A DNA stretch of 40,000 nt from an uncultured Actinomycetes bacterium (GCA_963782965.1 CAWALV010000002.1:737529-777528); one strand, 5' to 3'. Shown: positions 16,646-27,497, counted from the stretch's first letter. Notes: generated from the sequence alone by a model not told the origin. A program made the numbers and translations.

Positions 16646-18178
16646 GTGACGAGGCACGTAGGGCGGTGCGCAGTGGCGCTCAGCAGAGGCCGGGCGATCG
16701 CCGGCCTCCTTTCGGTTGCGCTGCTCCTCGCGGCAGGCGCGGCGGCCTGGGTGGGCGTCGGGCATCTCGGCTCCGGGCAGTCGGGGGCGGGCCACTCCCC
16801 GTCAAGCCAGTCAGGGGCCAGGACGTCGGGTGGTGCCCCGAACTCGGCGACGCCCACTCCTTCGGCCTTGTGGCAACTGCCGATTCGACCGGCCAGCGCC
16901 GTCCTCTCGCCGCAGCCTTCGGCACCGGCCCGCGGCAAACCGCCGGTCGCCGCGGCCGTTCGCTCGACCCTCGCGCCGCTGCTCGCCGACCCGGCGCTCG
17001 CCGGCACGCACGTGTCGATGGTGGTGACCGACCCGACGTCCGGCACCGGTGAACTGTTCGACCAGGACGCCGCGCAGGACGTGCCGCCGGCCTCGACGGC
17101 GAAGCTGGCGGTCGCGGTCGCCGCCTTGCAGGCGCTCGGGGAGCAGCAGCGCTTCAGCACCACCGTGCTGCTCGACGAACGTGGGCAGGTCGTGTTGGTC
17201 GGCGGCGGCGACCCGACGCTGGCCGGTCCAGCGGCAGTCGGTCGCTACGCCCCCGGGTTCCCGCAGCCGGCTCGGCTCAGCGACCTCGCATCCGCCACGG
17301 CGACGGCGCTCAAGGCCCGCGGCTTGACGTCGATCCAGCTGCGCTACGACGACCACCTCTTCACCGGCCCCGATCTCGCACCGGGCTGGAAACCGATCTA
17401 TGTCGCGGAGGGGGATGTCGCTCCGGTGACCGCGCTGGAGGTCGACGAAGGCGTCGTCGACTTCGACAAACCGGCGCGGTCCAACGACCCGGCGCGGGCG
17501 GCGGCCGAGCAGTTCGCGACCGCGCTGCGAGCCGACGGCATCGCCATCGCAGCAGCACCCGACGGCTCACCCGACGGCGTCGCGAAGACGGTTCTTGCTC
17601 ACGGCGACGGCGAGCAGCTGGCCGCCGTCCAATCGCCCACGGTCGCCGAGCTGGTGCAGCGGATGCTCGGCCGCAGCGACAACGACCTCGCGGAGGCGCT
17701 CGCTCGCCATGTCGCGCTGGCGGAACGGCAGCCGGCGTCGTTCTCCGGGGCGGTGGCCGCGGTCCGCCACGTCGTGTCGACGCTCGGGGTCGACCCGGCG
17801 GGCCTGTCGATGGCCGACGCCAGCGGGCTGTCGACGTCGGATCGGGTGCACCCGCGTGCGCTCGTCCAGCTGGTCCGTATCGCGTTGAACGGGCGCCGGT
17901 TCGTGGCGGTGCTCAAGGGTTTGCCGGTGGCCGCGTTCTCCGGAACCCTGACCGATCGCTTCACCGCGGCGCCCGCCAACGCGGCGGCCGGTGACGTACA
18001 TGCGAAGACCGGCACCCTCGCCACCGTCGTCTCCCTCGCCGGCTATGTCATCGACGACAGCGGGCGGACGCTCGCCTTCGCGGTCGTCGTCACCGGCGTG
18101 CCGCCGAACGCGCCCTATCGGGTCGAGGCCGCCGTGGACCGGCTGACTGCCGGTCTCGCGTCGTGCGGCTGCCAGTAG
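16646..18178 (+). CDS. dacB: D-alanyl-D-alanine carboxypeptidase/endopeptidase (PBP4, peptidase S13)
   Basis: SxxK motif ASTAK, SxN motif SDN (GRSDNDLAE) and KTG motif HAKTGTL. An N-terminal signal/anchor is present. The start is uncertain (TTG 16643, GTG 16646 or GTG 16673). Confidence 0.85.
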   Translation: MTRHVGRCAVALSRGRAIAGLLSVALLLAAGAAAWVGVGHLGSGQSGAGHSPSSQSGARTSGGAPNSATPTPSALWQLPIRPASAVLSPQPSAPARGKPPVAAAVRSTLAPLLADPALAGTHVSMVVTDPTSGTGELFDQDAAQDVPPASTAKLAVAVAALQALGEQQRFSTTVLLDERGQVVLVGGGDPTLAGPAAVGRYAPGFPQPARLSDLASATATALKARGLTSIQLRYDDHLFTGPDLAPGWKPIYVAEGDVAPVTALEVDEGVVDFDKPARSNDPARAAAEQFATALRADGIAIAAAPDGSPDGVAKTVLAHGDGEQLAAVQSPTVAELVQRMLGRSDNDLAEALARHVALAERQPASFSGAVAAVRHVVSTLGVDPAGLSMADASGLSTSDRVHPRALVQLVRIALNGRRFVAVLKGLPVAAFSGTLTDRFTAAPANAAAGDVHAKTGTLATVVSLAGYVIDDSGRTLAFAVVVTGVPPNAPYRVEAAVDRLTAGLASCGCQ

Positions 18179-18195
18179 CACGTACGGTGGGCCCC

Positions 18196-19329
18196 ATGGG
18201 TGGACGCGACAGGCAACCTGGTGACGTGATCGATTGGGAGCTCGCGACGGCGACTGCCGTCCGGCTTGCGCCGCGGGGCCCGGCCGTCACACGCGACGAG
18301 GCGTTCGGCGCGGTGCGCCAGCTGCGCGAACTCGCCGTCGAGGCCGAGACGCACGTGGCCGGCATCACCGGCATGCAGGCGCCCGACCCGCACGAGCCGG
18401 CCCGCGTCGTCGACCGGAGCGGCTGGATCAAGGGCAACGTCGGCGGATTCCGGATGGTGATGCAACCGCTGCTGGAGCGCATGCAGAGCCGCCGAGAAGG
18501 GCGCATGGGCGGCCCTGTCGTCACGGCGGTCGGCTCGCGGGTCACCGGGGCGCAGGTCGGCGTGCTGCTCGCCTACCTCTCCGGCAAGGTGCTCGGGCAG
18601 TACGAGCTCTTCGTCCCGCCGGTCGACGGCCAGGAACGGGTCGGCCGGCTCAGTCTCGTCGCGCCGAACATCGTCGCCGCCGAACGCCAGCTCGACGTCG
18701 TCCCGCGCGACTTTCGGCTGTGGGTGTGCGTTCACGAGGTGACCCACCGGACCCAGTTCACGGCGGTGCCGTGGTTGCGCTCGCACGTGCAGGACGAGAT
18801 CGGCGCGTTCCTCGCCGCCAGTGATCTCGATCCGGCCGCGTTCGCGCGGCGGCTGCGCTCGGCTGCGGAGGCGGTGCGCGACCACCTGCGCTCGGGTGAC
18901 CGCGACCGCGCCGCCAACGACGACCTGTCGATGGTGCTGCTCGAAGCCGTGCAAACGCCGGAACAGCGCGCGATCCTCAACCGCCTCACCGCGGTGATGA
19001 CGCTGCTCGAGGGGCACGGCGAGTACGTCATGAACGCCGTCGGCTCCGACGTGATCCCGACCGTCGACGAGATCGGGCGCCGCTTCGCCGAACGGCGGCG
19101 GGGTGGGAGCCCGGCCGATCGGTTGGTGCGCAAGCTGTTCGGCCTCGACATCAAAGCCCGGCAGTACGCCGAGGGCGCGGCCTTCGTGCGGGCCGTCGTC
19201 GACCATGCGGGCATGGCGGCGTTCAACCGGGTCTGGACCTCGCCCAACACGTTGCCGACGAAGGCAGAGATCGCCGCGCCGGAGAGCTGGATGGCCCGCG
19301 TGTTGCGCACCGAGACCCGCCCCGACTGA
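18196..19329 (+). CDS. zinc-dependent metalloprotease (DUF2342 family, Rv3626c-like)
   Basis: HExxH motif in [10 protein letters not shown]. It sits in the conserved position between dacB and tilS. The ATG at 18196 is the first start after the dacB stop. Confidence 0.7.
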   Translation: MGGRDRQPGDVIDWELATATAVRLAPRGPAVTRDEAFGAVRQLRELAVEAETHVAGITGMQAPDPHEPARVVDRSGWIKGNVGGFRMVMQPLLERMQSRREGRMGGPVVTAVGSRVTGAQVGVLLAYLSGKVLGQYELFVPPVDGQERVGRLSLVAPNIVAAERQLDVVPRDFRLWVCVHEVTHRTQFTAVPWLRSHVQDEIGAFLAASDLDPAAFARRLRSAAEAVRDHLRSGDRDRAANDDLSMVLLEAVQTPEQRAILNRLTAVMTLLEGHGEYVMNAVGSDVIPTVDEIGRRFAERRRGGSPADRLVRKLFGLDIKARQYAEGAAFVRAVVDHAGMAAFNRVWTSPNTLPTKAEIAAPESWMARVLRTETRPD

Positions 19330-19331
19330 CG

Positions 19332-20327
19332 ATGGGCCCGGCGCCGGCGACGGCTGCGGTGCGCGCGGCGCTGCGCGAGGCCCTCGCGCAGCTACCAGAA
19401 GGCGCACTGGTGCTCGTGGCATGTAGCGGCGGCGCCGACTCCGTGGCGCTGGCGGCCGCGCTCGCGTTCGAGGCACCGCGCAGCGACCGCGCGCTGCGAG
19501 CCGGTGGCGTGACCGTCGACCACGGTTTGCAGCCAGGTTCCGCCCAGCGCGCCGGCGAGGTCGCGCACCTCCTGGGCCGCCTCGGCCTGCACCCGGTCGA
19601 GACGGTCGCGGTCGAGGTCGCGGGCGGCGGCGGTCCGGAAGCGGCGGCGCGGCAGGCTCGCTACGCCGCCTTGGACGCGGTGGCAGACCGGTTCGGCGCC
19701 TCCGCCGTCCTGCTCGGCCACACCCTCGACGACCAGGCCGAGACCGTGCTCCTGGGTCTCGCCCGCGGCTCCGGCCTTCGGTCGCTGGCCGGAATGGCGG
19801 CGGTGAGCGGACCGGGCGGGCGCTACCTTCGCCCGCTGCTCGGGGTGCGGCGGGCGACCACGCGCGAAGCCTGCCGGGCCGCCGAGCTGCCGGTGTGGGA
19901 CGACCCGCACAACGACGACCCGGCTTTCGCCCGGGCGCGGGTTCGCGCGGGCCTGCTTCCCGCGCTGGAGGAGGCGCTCGGCCCCGGGGTCGCCGACGCC
20001 CTCGCCCGTACCGCCGACCTCGCCCGCGCCGACGCCGACGCCCTCGACGAATGGGCCGACACCGCGTACGCCGAGCTGACCCGCTCCGAGCCCGGGCTGG
20101 ACGTCGAGCGGCTGGCGGCGCTGCCGGCCGGCGTCCGCCGCCGGCTCCTGCGTCGCGCGGCGCTCGCTGCCGGCAGCCCGGCCGGTTCGCTCGCCGCCGT
20201 CCACCTGCTCGCGGTCGAGCGGCTGGTGACCGATTGGCGCGGGCAGGGGCCGGTCGCCTTGCCAGGGGGCCGTCAAGCGACGCGACGATATGGCAGGCTC
20301 TACCTGCGATCCGTGGACGACACCTAG
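19332..20327 (+). CDS. tilS: tRNA(Ile)-lysidine synthetase
   Basis: PP-loop [13 protein letters not shown], plus [15 protein letters not shown] and RPLL..RR. It lies directly upstream of hpt, as in most bacteria. Confidence 0.9.
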   Translation: MGPAPATAAVRAALREALAQLPEGALVLVACSGGADSVALAAALAFEAPRSDRALRAGGVTVDHGLQPGSAQRAGEVAHLLGRLGLHPVETVAVEVAGGGGPEAAARQARYAALDAVADRFGASAVLLGHTLDDQAETVLLGLARGSGLRSLAGMAAVSGPGGRYLRPLLGVRRATTREACRAAELPVWDDPHNDDPAFARARVRAGLLPALEEALGPGVADALARTADLARADADALDEWADTAYAELTRSEPGLDVERLAALPAGVRRRLLRRAALAAGSPAGSLAAVHLLAVERLVTDWRGQGPVALPGGRQATRRYGRLYLRSVDDT

Positions 20328-20344
20328 GCAGGGCAGGGGCTGGA

Positions 20345-20923
20345 GTGGACGAGTCCGACCTGGGCGATGACCTCGACCGGATCCTGCTTACCGACAAGGA
20401 GATCCAGACCAAGATCGCCGAACTCGCGGCCGATATCGATCGCGACTACGCAGGCAAGGAGCTTCTCCTGGTCGGCGTCTTGAAGGGTGCGGTCATGGTG
20501 ATGGCCGACCTGTCGCGGACGCTGCACCTGCCGGTGACCATCGACTTCATGGCGATATCGTCCTACGGCTCGGGCTCGTCGTCCTCGGGCGTCGTCCGCA
20601 TCTTGAAGGACCTCGATCACGCCATCGAGGGGCGGCACGTGCTGGTCGTCGAGGACATCGTCGACTCCGGGCTGACGCTTTCGTGGCTCGTCGCGAACCT
20701 GGAGTCGCGCGCACCCGCTTCGGTGGCGGTGTGCGCGTTGATGCGCAAGCCCGACGCTTTGACCCAGGACGTCGACGTGCGCTACCTCGGGTTCGACCTG
20801 CCCCGCGAGTTCGTCGTCGGCTACGGCCTGGACTACGCGGAGCGCTACCGCAACCTGCCCTTCGTCGCCACGCTGCGCCCGGACGCCTACGAGAACCCGG
20901 GCCGCGAGCGGTCCCACTCCTGA
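20345..20923 (+). CDS. hpt: hypoxanthine phosphoribosyltransferase
   Basis: PRPP-binding motif [14 protein letters not shown], plus [16 protein letters not shown] and [17 protein letters not shown] at 20345 is the first plausible start; the track ORF from 19895 is an Arg-rich extension overlapping tilS. Confidence 0.9.
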   Translation: MDESDLGDDLDRILLTDKEIQTKIAELAADIDRDYAGKELLLVGVLKGAVMVMADLSRTLHLPVTIDFMAISSYGSGSSSSGVVRILKDLDHAIEGRHVLVVEDIVDSGLTLSWLVANLESRAPASVAVCALMRKPDALTQDVDVRYLGFDLPREFVVGYGLDYAERYRNLPFVATLRPDAYENPGRERSHS

Positions 20924-21077
20924 CCGACTCCTGACCCCCGGAGGGGTGCGGGAACGCGTCGAGCGGGAAGAGTAGGTCCGGGGCGGGAACGCCGGGCGCT
21001 CCCCGGCAGTTGACCAAGGTAGGGCTGAGCGCGGCCGGCTGGGGAGAAGGACGGTGTACCGTCGATTTCGCGAGGGT

Positions 21078-21095
21078 CACCTTCACCTTCACCTT
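21078..21095. repeat. (CACCTT)x3 microsatellite in the ftsH upstream region
   Basis: Read directly from the sequence: caccttcaccttcacctt. Confidence 0.9.
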
Positions 21096-21161
21096 GGGCA
21101 CCGAACAGCCGAGGCTGGAGCTGAGCGCCCAATTCGGGCAGCGCCAGGCAAGCAGCACACA

Positions 21162-21199
21162 GCACCAGGCAGGCAACACAGCACCAGGCAGGCAACACA
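21162..21199. repeat. perfect 19-bp tandem duplication GCACCAGGCAGGCAACACA x2 in the ftsH leader
   Basis: Read directly from the sequence. It is flanked by related CA-rich degenerate copies (GCCAGGCAAGCAGCACAC at 21143-21160) and by GTGGGCAGG x2 (21200-21208 and 21219-21227). Confidence 0.9.
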
Positions 21200-21255
21200 G
21201 TGGGCAGGCTGGATCAAGTGGGCAGGAGGCACGGAGCTAACACCGCTCCGCATCC

Positions 21256-23304
21256 ATGAACGTGAAGAGATACGCGCGGGGCCCACTGTTTTGGGTCCTC
21301 ATCTTGGTCTTGCTCCTCATCTTGTTCCGTGGGCTGTGGAGCGGGGGCACGAGCTACAAGTCGGTCAACACGTCCCAGGTCGTCGGCGCCATCGATGCCG
21401 GGAACATCACCAACGCCGTCGTTCACGACAAGGAACAGACCGTCCAGGTAACGCTGAAGACCCCGGTCGACGGCAACAAGAAGCTGGAAGCTTCGTTCGC
21501 CGCTGACCAGGCTCAGGAGCAGGCGATCATCGCCAAGCTCCAGTCGCTGGTCGACAACGGCAAGCTGCCGGCCAAGGACGGCTACACCGTCAAGGTGAGT
21601 CACGGCAGCGTCCTCGTTGCGATCTTGATCAACGCGCTGCCGATCCTGCTGCTCGTCGGCTTGATGGTGTTCATGCTGACCCAGATGCAGGGCGGCGGCT
21701 CGCGGGTCATGAACTTCGGTAAGTCCAAGGCCAAGCTCATCACCAAGGACACCCCCAAGACGACGTTCGCCGATGTCGCCGGTGCCGACGAGGCCATCGA
21801 AGAACTGATGGAGATCAAGGAGTTCCTGGAGAACCCCGCCAAGTTCCAGGCGATCGGCGCGAAGATCCCCAAGGGCGTGCTGCTCTACGGCCCGCCCGGC
21901 ACCGGCAAGACCTTGCTGGCGCGCGCGGTTGCCGGTGAGGCCGGCGTTCCCTTCTACTCGATCTCCGGCTCCGATTTCGTCGAGATGTTCGTCGGCGTCG
22001 GTGCGTCGCGGGTCCGCGACCTGTTCACGCAGGCCAAGGAGAACGCCCCGGCGATCGTGTTCATCGACGAGATCGACGCCGTCGGCCGGCACCGCGGCGC
22101 GGGTCTGGGCGGCGGGCACGACGAGCGCGAGCAGACGCTGAACCAGCTGCTCGTCGAGATGGACGGCTTCGACGTCAAGGGCGGCGTGATCCTCATCGCC
22201 GCGACGAACCGACCCGACATCCTCGACCCGGCGCTGCTGCGCCCGGGCCGCTTCGACCGCCAGATCGTCGTCGACCGGCCCGACATGGAAGGCCGCAAGG
22301 GCATCCTGCGCGTGCACGCCAAGGGCAAGCCGTTCACCTCCGACGTCGACCTCGACATCATCGCCCGGCGCACGCCCGGCTTCACCGGTGCCGACCTCGC
22401 GAACGTCATCAACGAGGCCGCGCTGCTCACCGCCCGCGGGAACAAGAAGCAGATCGACATGCTCACGCTCGAGGAGTCGATCGACCGCGTGATGGCCGGG
22501 CCGGAACGCAAGAGCCGCATCATGTCGGAGAAGGAGAAGAAGATCATCGCCTACCACGAGGGTGGGCATGCACTGGTCGGCCACGCTCTACCGAACGCCG
22601 ACCCCGTGCACAAGGTGACGATCCTGCCGCGCGGCCGCGCGCTCGGCTACACGCTCGCGCTGCCGACCGAGGACAAGTTCCTCGTCACCCGCGCGGAGAT
22701 GATGGACCAGCTCGCGATGCTGCTCGGTGGCCGCACCGCCGAAGAACTCGTCTTCCACGAGCCCACCACCGGCGCTGCCAACGACATCGAGAAGGCCACG
22801 TCGATCGCGCGCAACATGGTGACGCAGTACGGCATGAGCGAGAAACTAGGTGCGCGCAAGTTCGGCCAGGAAAACGCCGAGGTCTTCCTGGGGCGTGACA
22901 TGGGCCACCAGCGCGACTACTCGGAGGAGATCGCTTCGACGATCGACGACGAGGTACGGCGACTCATCGAAAGCAGTCACGACGAGGCGTGGGAGATCCT
23001 GGTCGAGTACCGCGACGTGCTCGACAACCTCGTCTTGGAGCTCATCGAGAAGGAGACGCTGCAAAAGGACGAGGTGCTGCGTATCTTTGCCCGCGTCGAC
23101 AAGCGGCCGGCCCGCGGTAGTTACCTCGGTTACGGCAAGCGCCTGCCGAGCGACAAGGCGCCCGTCCTGACGCCGCGCGAGCTTGCGGTGCTGGCGTCCG
23201 GCGATTCGGGCGACCCGGTGGCATCCAACGGCGGGTCGAGCCACGGTCAGTCCACCGGTGAACACGCCGGCGACTCGGGCGACCACTCGTCCGAAGGCCG
23301 ATGA
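21256..23304 (+). CDS. ftsH: ATP-dependent zinc metalloprotease FtsH
   Basis: Two N-terminal TM segments; AAA+ Walker A GPPGTGKT and Walker [10 protein letters not shown]; second region of homology; protease motif HEGGHAL. An in-frame TAA at 21238 fixes the ATG at 21256. Confidence 0.97.
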   Translation: MNVKRYARGPLFWVLILVLLLILFRGLWSGGTSYKSVNTSQVVGAIDAGNITNAVVHDKEQTVQVTLKTPVDGNKKLEASFAADQAQEQAIIAKLQSLVDNGKLPAKDGYTVKVSHGSVLVAILINALPILLLVGLMVFMLTQMQGGGSRVMNFGKSKAKLITKDTPKTTFADVAGADEAIEELMEIKEFLENPAKFQAIGAKIPKGVLLYGPPGTGKTLLARAVAGEAGVPFYSISGSDFVEMFVGVGASRVRDLFTQAKENAPAIVFIDEIDAVGRHRGAGLGGGHDEREQTLNQLLVEMDGFDVKGGVILIAATNRPDILDPALLRPGRFDRQIVVDRPDMEGRKGILRVHAKGKPFTSDVDLDIIARRTPGFTGADLANVINEAALLTARGNKKQIDMLTLEESIDRVMAGPERKSRIMSEKEKKIIAYHEGGHALVGHALPNADPVHKVTILPRGRALGYTLALPTEDKFLVTRAEMMDQLAMLLGGRTAEELVFHEPTTGAANDIEKATSIARNMVTQYGMSEKLGARKFGQENAEVFLGRDMGHQRDYSEEIASTIDDEVRRLIESSHDEAWEILVEYRDVLDNLVLELIEKETLQKDEVLRIFARVDKRPARGSYLGYGKRLPSDKAPVLTPRELAVLASGDSGDPVASNGGSSHGQSTGEHAGDSGDHSSEGR

Positions 23305-23939
23305 CCCAACTCGACGGCCGCGCGCGCGCGGAGCAGTCACGCGACCGTGCCCGCGTCGACCAGGCCGAGGTCGACCTGCCGCGGATCGAAGCCGCCGTCC
23401 GCGAGCTCTTGCTCGCGATCGGTGAGGACCCCGAACGCGACGGTCTCCAGGCGACGCCCCGACGTGTCGCGAAGGCCTACGCCGAGCAGTTCGCCGGCAT
23501 GCGGCAGCGGCCCGAAGACGTGCTGACCACCGTCTTCGACGCCGAGCACGACGAGATGATCCTGGTTCGCGACATCGAGGTGTACAGCACCTGCGAGCAC
23601 CACCTGACGCCTTTCCACGGGGTCGCACACGTGGGGTACATCCCGAATGAGAAGGGCGAGATCACCGGCCTGTCGAAGATTGCCCGACTGGTCGACATGT
23701 TCGCCCGCCGCCCGCAGGTCCAGGAGCGGATGACCTCGCAGATTGCCGACGCCATGGTGAGCATCCTGCAGCCGCGAGGCGTCATCGTCGTCATCGAATG
23801 TGAACACCTGTGCATGTCTATGCGTGGGGTTCGCAAGCCAGGTGCTCGCACTGTCACGTCGGCAGTGCGCGGAGCCTTTCGTGACTCCGATCGCACGCGA
23901 GCGGAGGCGCTGCAGCTGATGTCGGGCGGAGCGCGCTGA
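23301..23939 (+). CDS. folE: GTP cyclohydrolase I
   Basis: [32 protein letters not shown] and [17 protein letters not shown] overlap with the ftsH stop. Confidence 0.95.
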   Translation: MTQLDGRARAEQSRDRARVDQAEVDLPRIEAAVRELLLAIGEDPERDGLQATPRRVAKAYAEQFAGMRQRPEDVLTTVFDAEHDEMILVRDIEVYSTCEHHLTPFHGVAHVGYIPNEKGEITGLSKIARLVDMFARRPQVQERMTSQIADAMVSILQPRGVIVVIECEHLCMSMRGVRKPGARTVTSAVRGAFRDSDRTRAEALQLMSGGAR

Positions 23940-23943
23940 GGCC

Positions 23944-25758
23944 GTGGCCGCGCGCATGAAGATTCCGGCGGCCCCCGTCGAGGCGGGCGAGGCGCGGCCG
24001 GTCACGCCGGGCCGAACACCGGAGCGGCGGTCGAAGCGGCGCTGGGTGCCCGCCACCGCGGGCATCCTGACGTTCCTCGTGGGCGTGCGCGACATCGCCA
24101 TCGTGGTGCGGCCGCACTTGTGGGAACGCGTCAAGGTGATCGAGCACGTCCTGCCTGGCAAGGTCAACACCGCGTTGATCCATGGCATCGCCGCTGCGGC
24201 TCTCGTCGTCGCGGGGGCGCTGCTCATCTTGTTGTCGCACGCTCTTCGGCGCCGCAAGCGCCGGGCCTGGCAAGCAGTCGTCGCCATCCTCGTCGTCGGC
24301 CTGGCCCTGCACCTGTTGCGCCGCCCGGACTTCGGCGACGCACAGACCTGGCTCCCGGTCGACCTCCTCTTGTTGGCAGCGCTGATCTACTACCGCGACG
24401 AGTTCTTCGCACGCGGCGACCCCACGACCCGGTGGCGAGCCCTCATCGCGTTCGTCGGTCTCGGTCTTTCGAGCTTCGTCCTCGGCGCCTTGCTGATCGA
24501 ACTGCGGCCTCACGAGATCATCGGCTCTGTCAGCTTTCCTCGTGTGGCGCAACACGTCGCCTACGGCCTGGTCGGCATCACCGGTCCGCTGCGGTTCACC
24601 AGCGATCGCGCCGGCGATGTCGTCGCATCGACGCTGCTCGCGATGGGTGCGCTCACCGCGCTCACCACCGTCTATCTTCTCTTCCGGCCGGCCGAGCCGC
24701 GCGCGATGTTGGGTCCGGACGACGAAAGCCGCATCCGCGAGTTGCTCGCCAAGTACGGCGACCGCGACTCGCTCGGCTATTTCACGTTGCGTCGTGACAA
24801 GAGCGTCATCTGGTCACCCACGGGCAAGTCGTGCATCGGGTACCGCGTGCTTTCGGGGGTCATGCTGGCCAGCGGCGACCCGCTCGGCGACCCCGAAGCG
24901 TGGCCGGGCGCGATCAAGGCGTTCATGGCCGAGGCGGAACGGCACGCCTGGGTGCCCGCGGTGCTCGGGTGCAGCGAGCTCGGCGGCGAGATCTGGACCC
25001 GCGAGACCGGCATGGCCGCGCTCGAACTCGGCGACGAAGCCCTGGTCGACGTCTGCGACTTCAAACTCGAGGGTCGCAGCATGCGCAACGTTCGCCAGAT
25101 GGTCAATCGCGTCGAGCGCGCGGGCTACTCGGCGTCCGCCTGCCGCGTTGGTGACCTCGATCCGTCGGTCATCGCCGACTTCCGCGAGCAGGCCGCATCC
25201 TGGCGCGGGAGCGAGACGGAACGCGGCTTTTCCATGGCGCTCGGCCGTCTCGGTGAGCCCGCCGACGCCGACTGCGTGGTGGTCGCGGCGAAGAAGGACG
25301 GCGCGTTGCGGGCGTTTCTGCATTTCGTGCCGTGGGGAGCCGATGGGCTGTCGCTCGACCTGATGCGGCGCGATCGCAGCGCCGAGCCCGGGTTGAACGA
25401 GTACCTCATCACGACCGCGCTCGCGGCCTGCCCGGCGCTCGGCGTCCGGCGCATGTCGTTGAACTTCGCGGTGTTCCGGTCGGCGCTCGAGCGAGGTGGC
25501 CGGTTGGGTGCCGGCCCGGTGCTGCGAAGCTGGCGGGCGGTGCTGTTGTTCGCCTCACGGTGGTTCCAGATCGAGTCGTTGTACCGCTTCAACGCCAAGT
25601 TCCACCCGGAATGGTTGCCGCGCTACGTCCTGTTTCCGGCGACCAAGGACCTGCCCCGGATCGCCGTGGCGGCGTTGGAAGCGGAAGCCTTCATCGTGTG
25701 GCCGTTGCCGCGCGTCAAGCAATTGCGCTCCCTGCTGCGCCTCGGTCCGGCGGCGTGA
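23944..25758 (+). CDS. MprF-like aminoacyl-phosphatidylglycerol synthase (about 7 TM N-terminal domain plus LPG_synthase_C/DUF2156 domain)
   Basis: C-terminal region: SLGYFTLRRDKSVIWS, GYRVLSGVMLASGDPLGD, RSMRNVRQMVNRVERAGY, GFSMALGRL, GLSLDLMRRD, PGLNEYLI, SLNFAVF, SLYRFNAKFHPEWLPRYV. These match what I remember of the lysyl-PG synthase catalytic domain (MprF/LysX). GTG lies 4 nt after the folE stop, and the stop overlaps the folP start. Confidence 0.75.
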   Translation: MAARMKIPAAPVEAGEARPVTPGRTPERRSKRRWVPATAGILTFLVGVRDIAIVVRPHLWERVKVIEHVLPGKVNTALIHGIAAAALVVAGALLILLSHALRRRKRRAWQAVVAILVVGLALHLLRRPDFGDAQTWLPVDLLLLAALIYYRDEFFARGDPTTRWRALIAFVGLGLSSFVLGALLIELRPHEIIGSVSFPRVAQHVAYGLVGITGPLRFTSDRAGDVVASTLLAMGALTALTTVYLLFRPAEPRAMLGPDDESRIRELLAKYGDRDSLGYFTLRRDKSVIWSPTGKSCIGYRVLSGVMLASGDPLGDPEAWPGAIKAFMAEAERHAWVPAVLGCSELGGEIWTRETGMAALELGDEALVDVCDFKLEGRSMRNVRQMVNRVERAGYSASACRVGDLDPSVIADFREQAASWRGSETERGFSMALGRLGEPADADCVVVAAKKDGALRAFLHFVPWGADGLSLDLMRRDRSAEPGLNEYLITTALAACPALGVRRMSLNFAVFRSALERGGRLGAGPVLRSWRAVLLFASRWFQIESLYRFNAKFHPEWLPRYVLFPATKDLPRIAVAALEAEAFIVWPLPRVKQLRSLLRLGPAA

Positions 25759-26621
25759 AGGACGGGCCCCCGCGCTATCCGCCCCTGACCGGGTTCCCCG
25801 ATCTCGGGCGCTGCCGGGTCATGGGCGTGCTCAACGTCACACCAGACTCCTTCTCCGACGGCGGTCAATGGTTCGACGCGCAACGTGCTGCCGACCACGG
25901 TCGTGAGCTCTTCGCGGCAGGCGTCGACATCGTCGACGTCGGCGGAGAATCGACCCGACCGGGTGCGTTGCGCATCGACCCCGAGGAAGAGTTACGGCGG
26001 GTGCTGCCGGTGGTGCGGGCGCTGTCGGCGTCCGGCCCGGTGAGCATCGACACGATGCGGGCGGACGTCGCCAAGGAGGCGGTCGACGCAGGCGCGACGC
26101 TGGTGAACGACGTCAGCGGTGGGCTGGCCGACCCGGCGATGGTGCCGTTCGTCGCGGCCTCCGGCGTGCCGTACGTCGCGATGCACTGGCGCGGTCACAG
26201 CTCGGACATGCAGGAACGGGCACACTACGACGACGTGGTGGACGACGTCCGGCGCGAACTGTCGGAGCGGATCGACAAGATCGTGGCTGCCGGTGCCGAC
26301 CCCGAGCAAGTGGTGCTCGACCCCGGCATCGGCTTCGCGAAGCGGCCGGAGACCGGCCACAACTGGGCGTTGTTGAAGCATCTCGACTGCTTGGCCGAAC
26401 TCGGCCGCCCGATCCTCGTCGGTGCGTCGCGCAAGGCGTTCCTGGGCCGGCTGCTCGCCGCCCCCGACGGCACACCGCGGCCCCCGATGGAGCGCGACCA
26501 CGCGAGTTCGGCCGTCACCGCCTTGGTTGCCGCGGCCGGTGCGTGGTGCGTTCGCGTACACGCAGCGCCGGCCGACGTCGACGCCGTCCGGGTCGCCGCC
26601 CGTTGGCGGGCGGAACCGTGA
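25755..26621 (+). CDS. folP: dihydropteroate synthase
   Basis: MGVLNVTPDSFSDGG, DIVDVGGESTRPG, NDVSGG and GASRK. GTG at 25755 overlaps the upstream TGA; an internal ATG (MGVLNV) is an alternative start. Confidence 0.93.
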   Translation: MKDGPPRYPPLTGFPDLGRCRVMGVLNVTPDSFSDGGQWFDAQRAADHGRELFAAGVDIVDVGGESTRPGALRIDPEEELRRVLPVVRALSASGPVSIDTMRADVAKEAVDAGATLVNDVSGGLADPAMVPFVAASGVPYVAMHWRGHSSDMQERAHYDDVVDDVRRELSERIDKIVAAGADPEQVVLDPGIGFAKRPETGHNWALLKHLDCLAELGRPILVGASRKAFLGRLLAAPDGTPRPPMERDHASSAVTALVAAAGAWCVRVHAAPADVDAVRVAARWRAEP

Positions 26622-26989
26622 GCGATCGCATCGAGGTGCGCGGCCTGCGGCTGCGCGGCCGGCACGGCGTGTTCGAGCACGAGCGCCGAGACGGCCAGGA
26701 GTTCGTGGTCGACGTCGCGCTCGCTACCGACACCGCGGCCGCCGCGTCGTCCGACGACCTCGCCGACACCGTCGACTACGGCGAGCTGGCGGGCCGTATC
26801 GCGGCGGTGGTCGGGGGCGAGCCCGTGAACCTGCTCGAGACGCTGGCCGAGCGCATTGCCGCGGTCTGCCTCGACGACATGAGGGTGCGGTCGGTCGAGG
26901 TGACCGTGCACAAGCCGTCGGCGCCGATCGAGCTGGCGTTCGACGACGTGGTGGTGAGCATCGTCCGGTCGAGAGCGGCCGATGGCTAG
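26618..26989 (+). CDS. folB: dihydroneopterin aldolase
   Basis: DRIEVRGLRLRGRHGVFEHERRDGQEFVVDV, TVDYGEL and VTVHKP. GTGA overlap with the folP stop. Confidence 0.9.
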   Translation: MSDRIEVRGLRLRGRHGVFEHERRDGQEFVVDVALATDTAAAASSDDLADTVDYGELAGRIAAVVGGEPVNLLETLAERIAAVCLDDMRVRSVEVTVHKPSAPIELAFDDVVVSIVRSRAADG

Positions 26990-27497
26990 GGTCGTGCTGG
27001 CCCTCGGGGCCAACCTCGGTGATCGTGCGGCAACACTGCGGCGCACGGTGGCCGCCGTCGCGGAGGCCGCGCAGGTCGTCGCCGTCTCAGCGATCTACGA
27101 GACGGCGCCGGTGGGCGGCCCACCGCAGGACGACTACTACAACGCCGTCGTGATCGCGCAGACGCCACTCTCGCCGCGCGAGGTGCTCGCAGTGGCCCAC
27201 CGCATCGAGGCGGATTCCGGCCGCACGCGACAGGTCAGATGGGGTCCGCGCACCCTCGACATCGACGTGATCGCCTACGACGACGTGGTGAGCGACGACG
27301 CCGACCTGACGTTGCCGCATCCTCGCGCGCACGAGCGGGCGTTCGTGCTCGTGCCATGGCTCGACGCCGATCCCGCCGCGGTGCTACCCGGCCGGGGACC
27401 CGTCCGACGGCTTCTCGATACGGTCGATGTGACGGGAGTACGCCGGCTGGTGGCCCCGGCCTCGACCGTGCCCGGCGACCGCGAGGGAGGAGAGTGA
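26982..27497 (+). CDS. folK: 2-amino-4-hydroxy-6-hydroxymethyldihydropteridine diphosphokinase
   Basis: LALGANLGDR, SAIYETAPVGGPPQDDYYNAVV, WGPRTLDIDVI, LTLPHPRAHERAFVLVP. Confidence 0.93.
   Translation: MARVVLALGANLGDRAATLRRTVAAVAEAAQVVAVSAIYETAPVGGPPQDDYYNAVVIAQTPLSPREVLAVAHRIEADSGRTRQVRWGPRTLDIDVIAYDDVVSDDADLTLPHPRAHERAFVLVPWLDADPAAVLPGRGPVRRLLDTVDVTGVRRLVAPASTVPGDREGGE

Noticed and set aside
18115-20412. 765-aa minus-strand ORF covering the Zn-protease and tilS genes
   Set aside because: It has extreme Arg/Pro/Ala composition (RRRRGRGRR runs) and no motifs. It is antisense to genes with clear family signatures, so it is a high-GC artefact.
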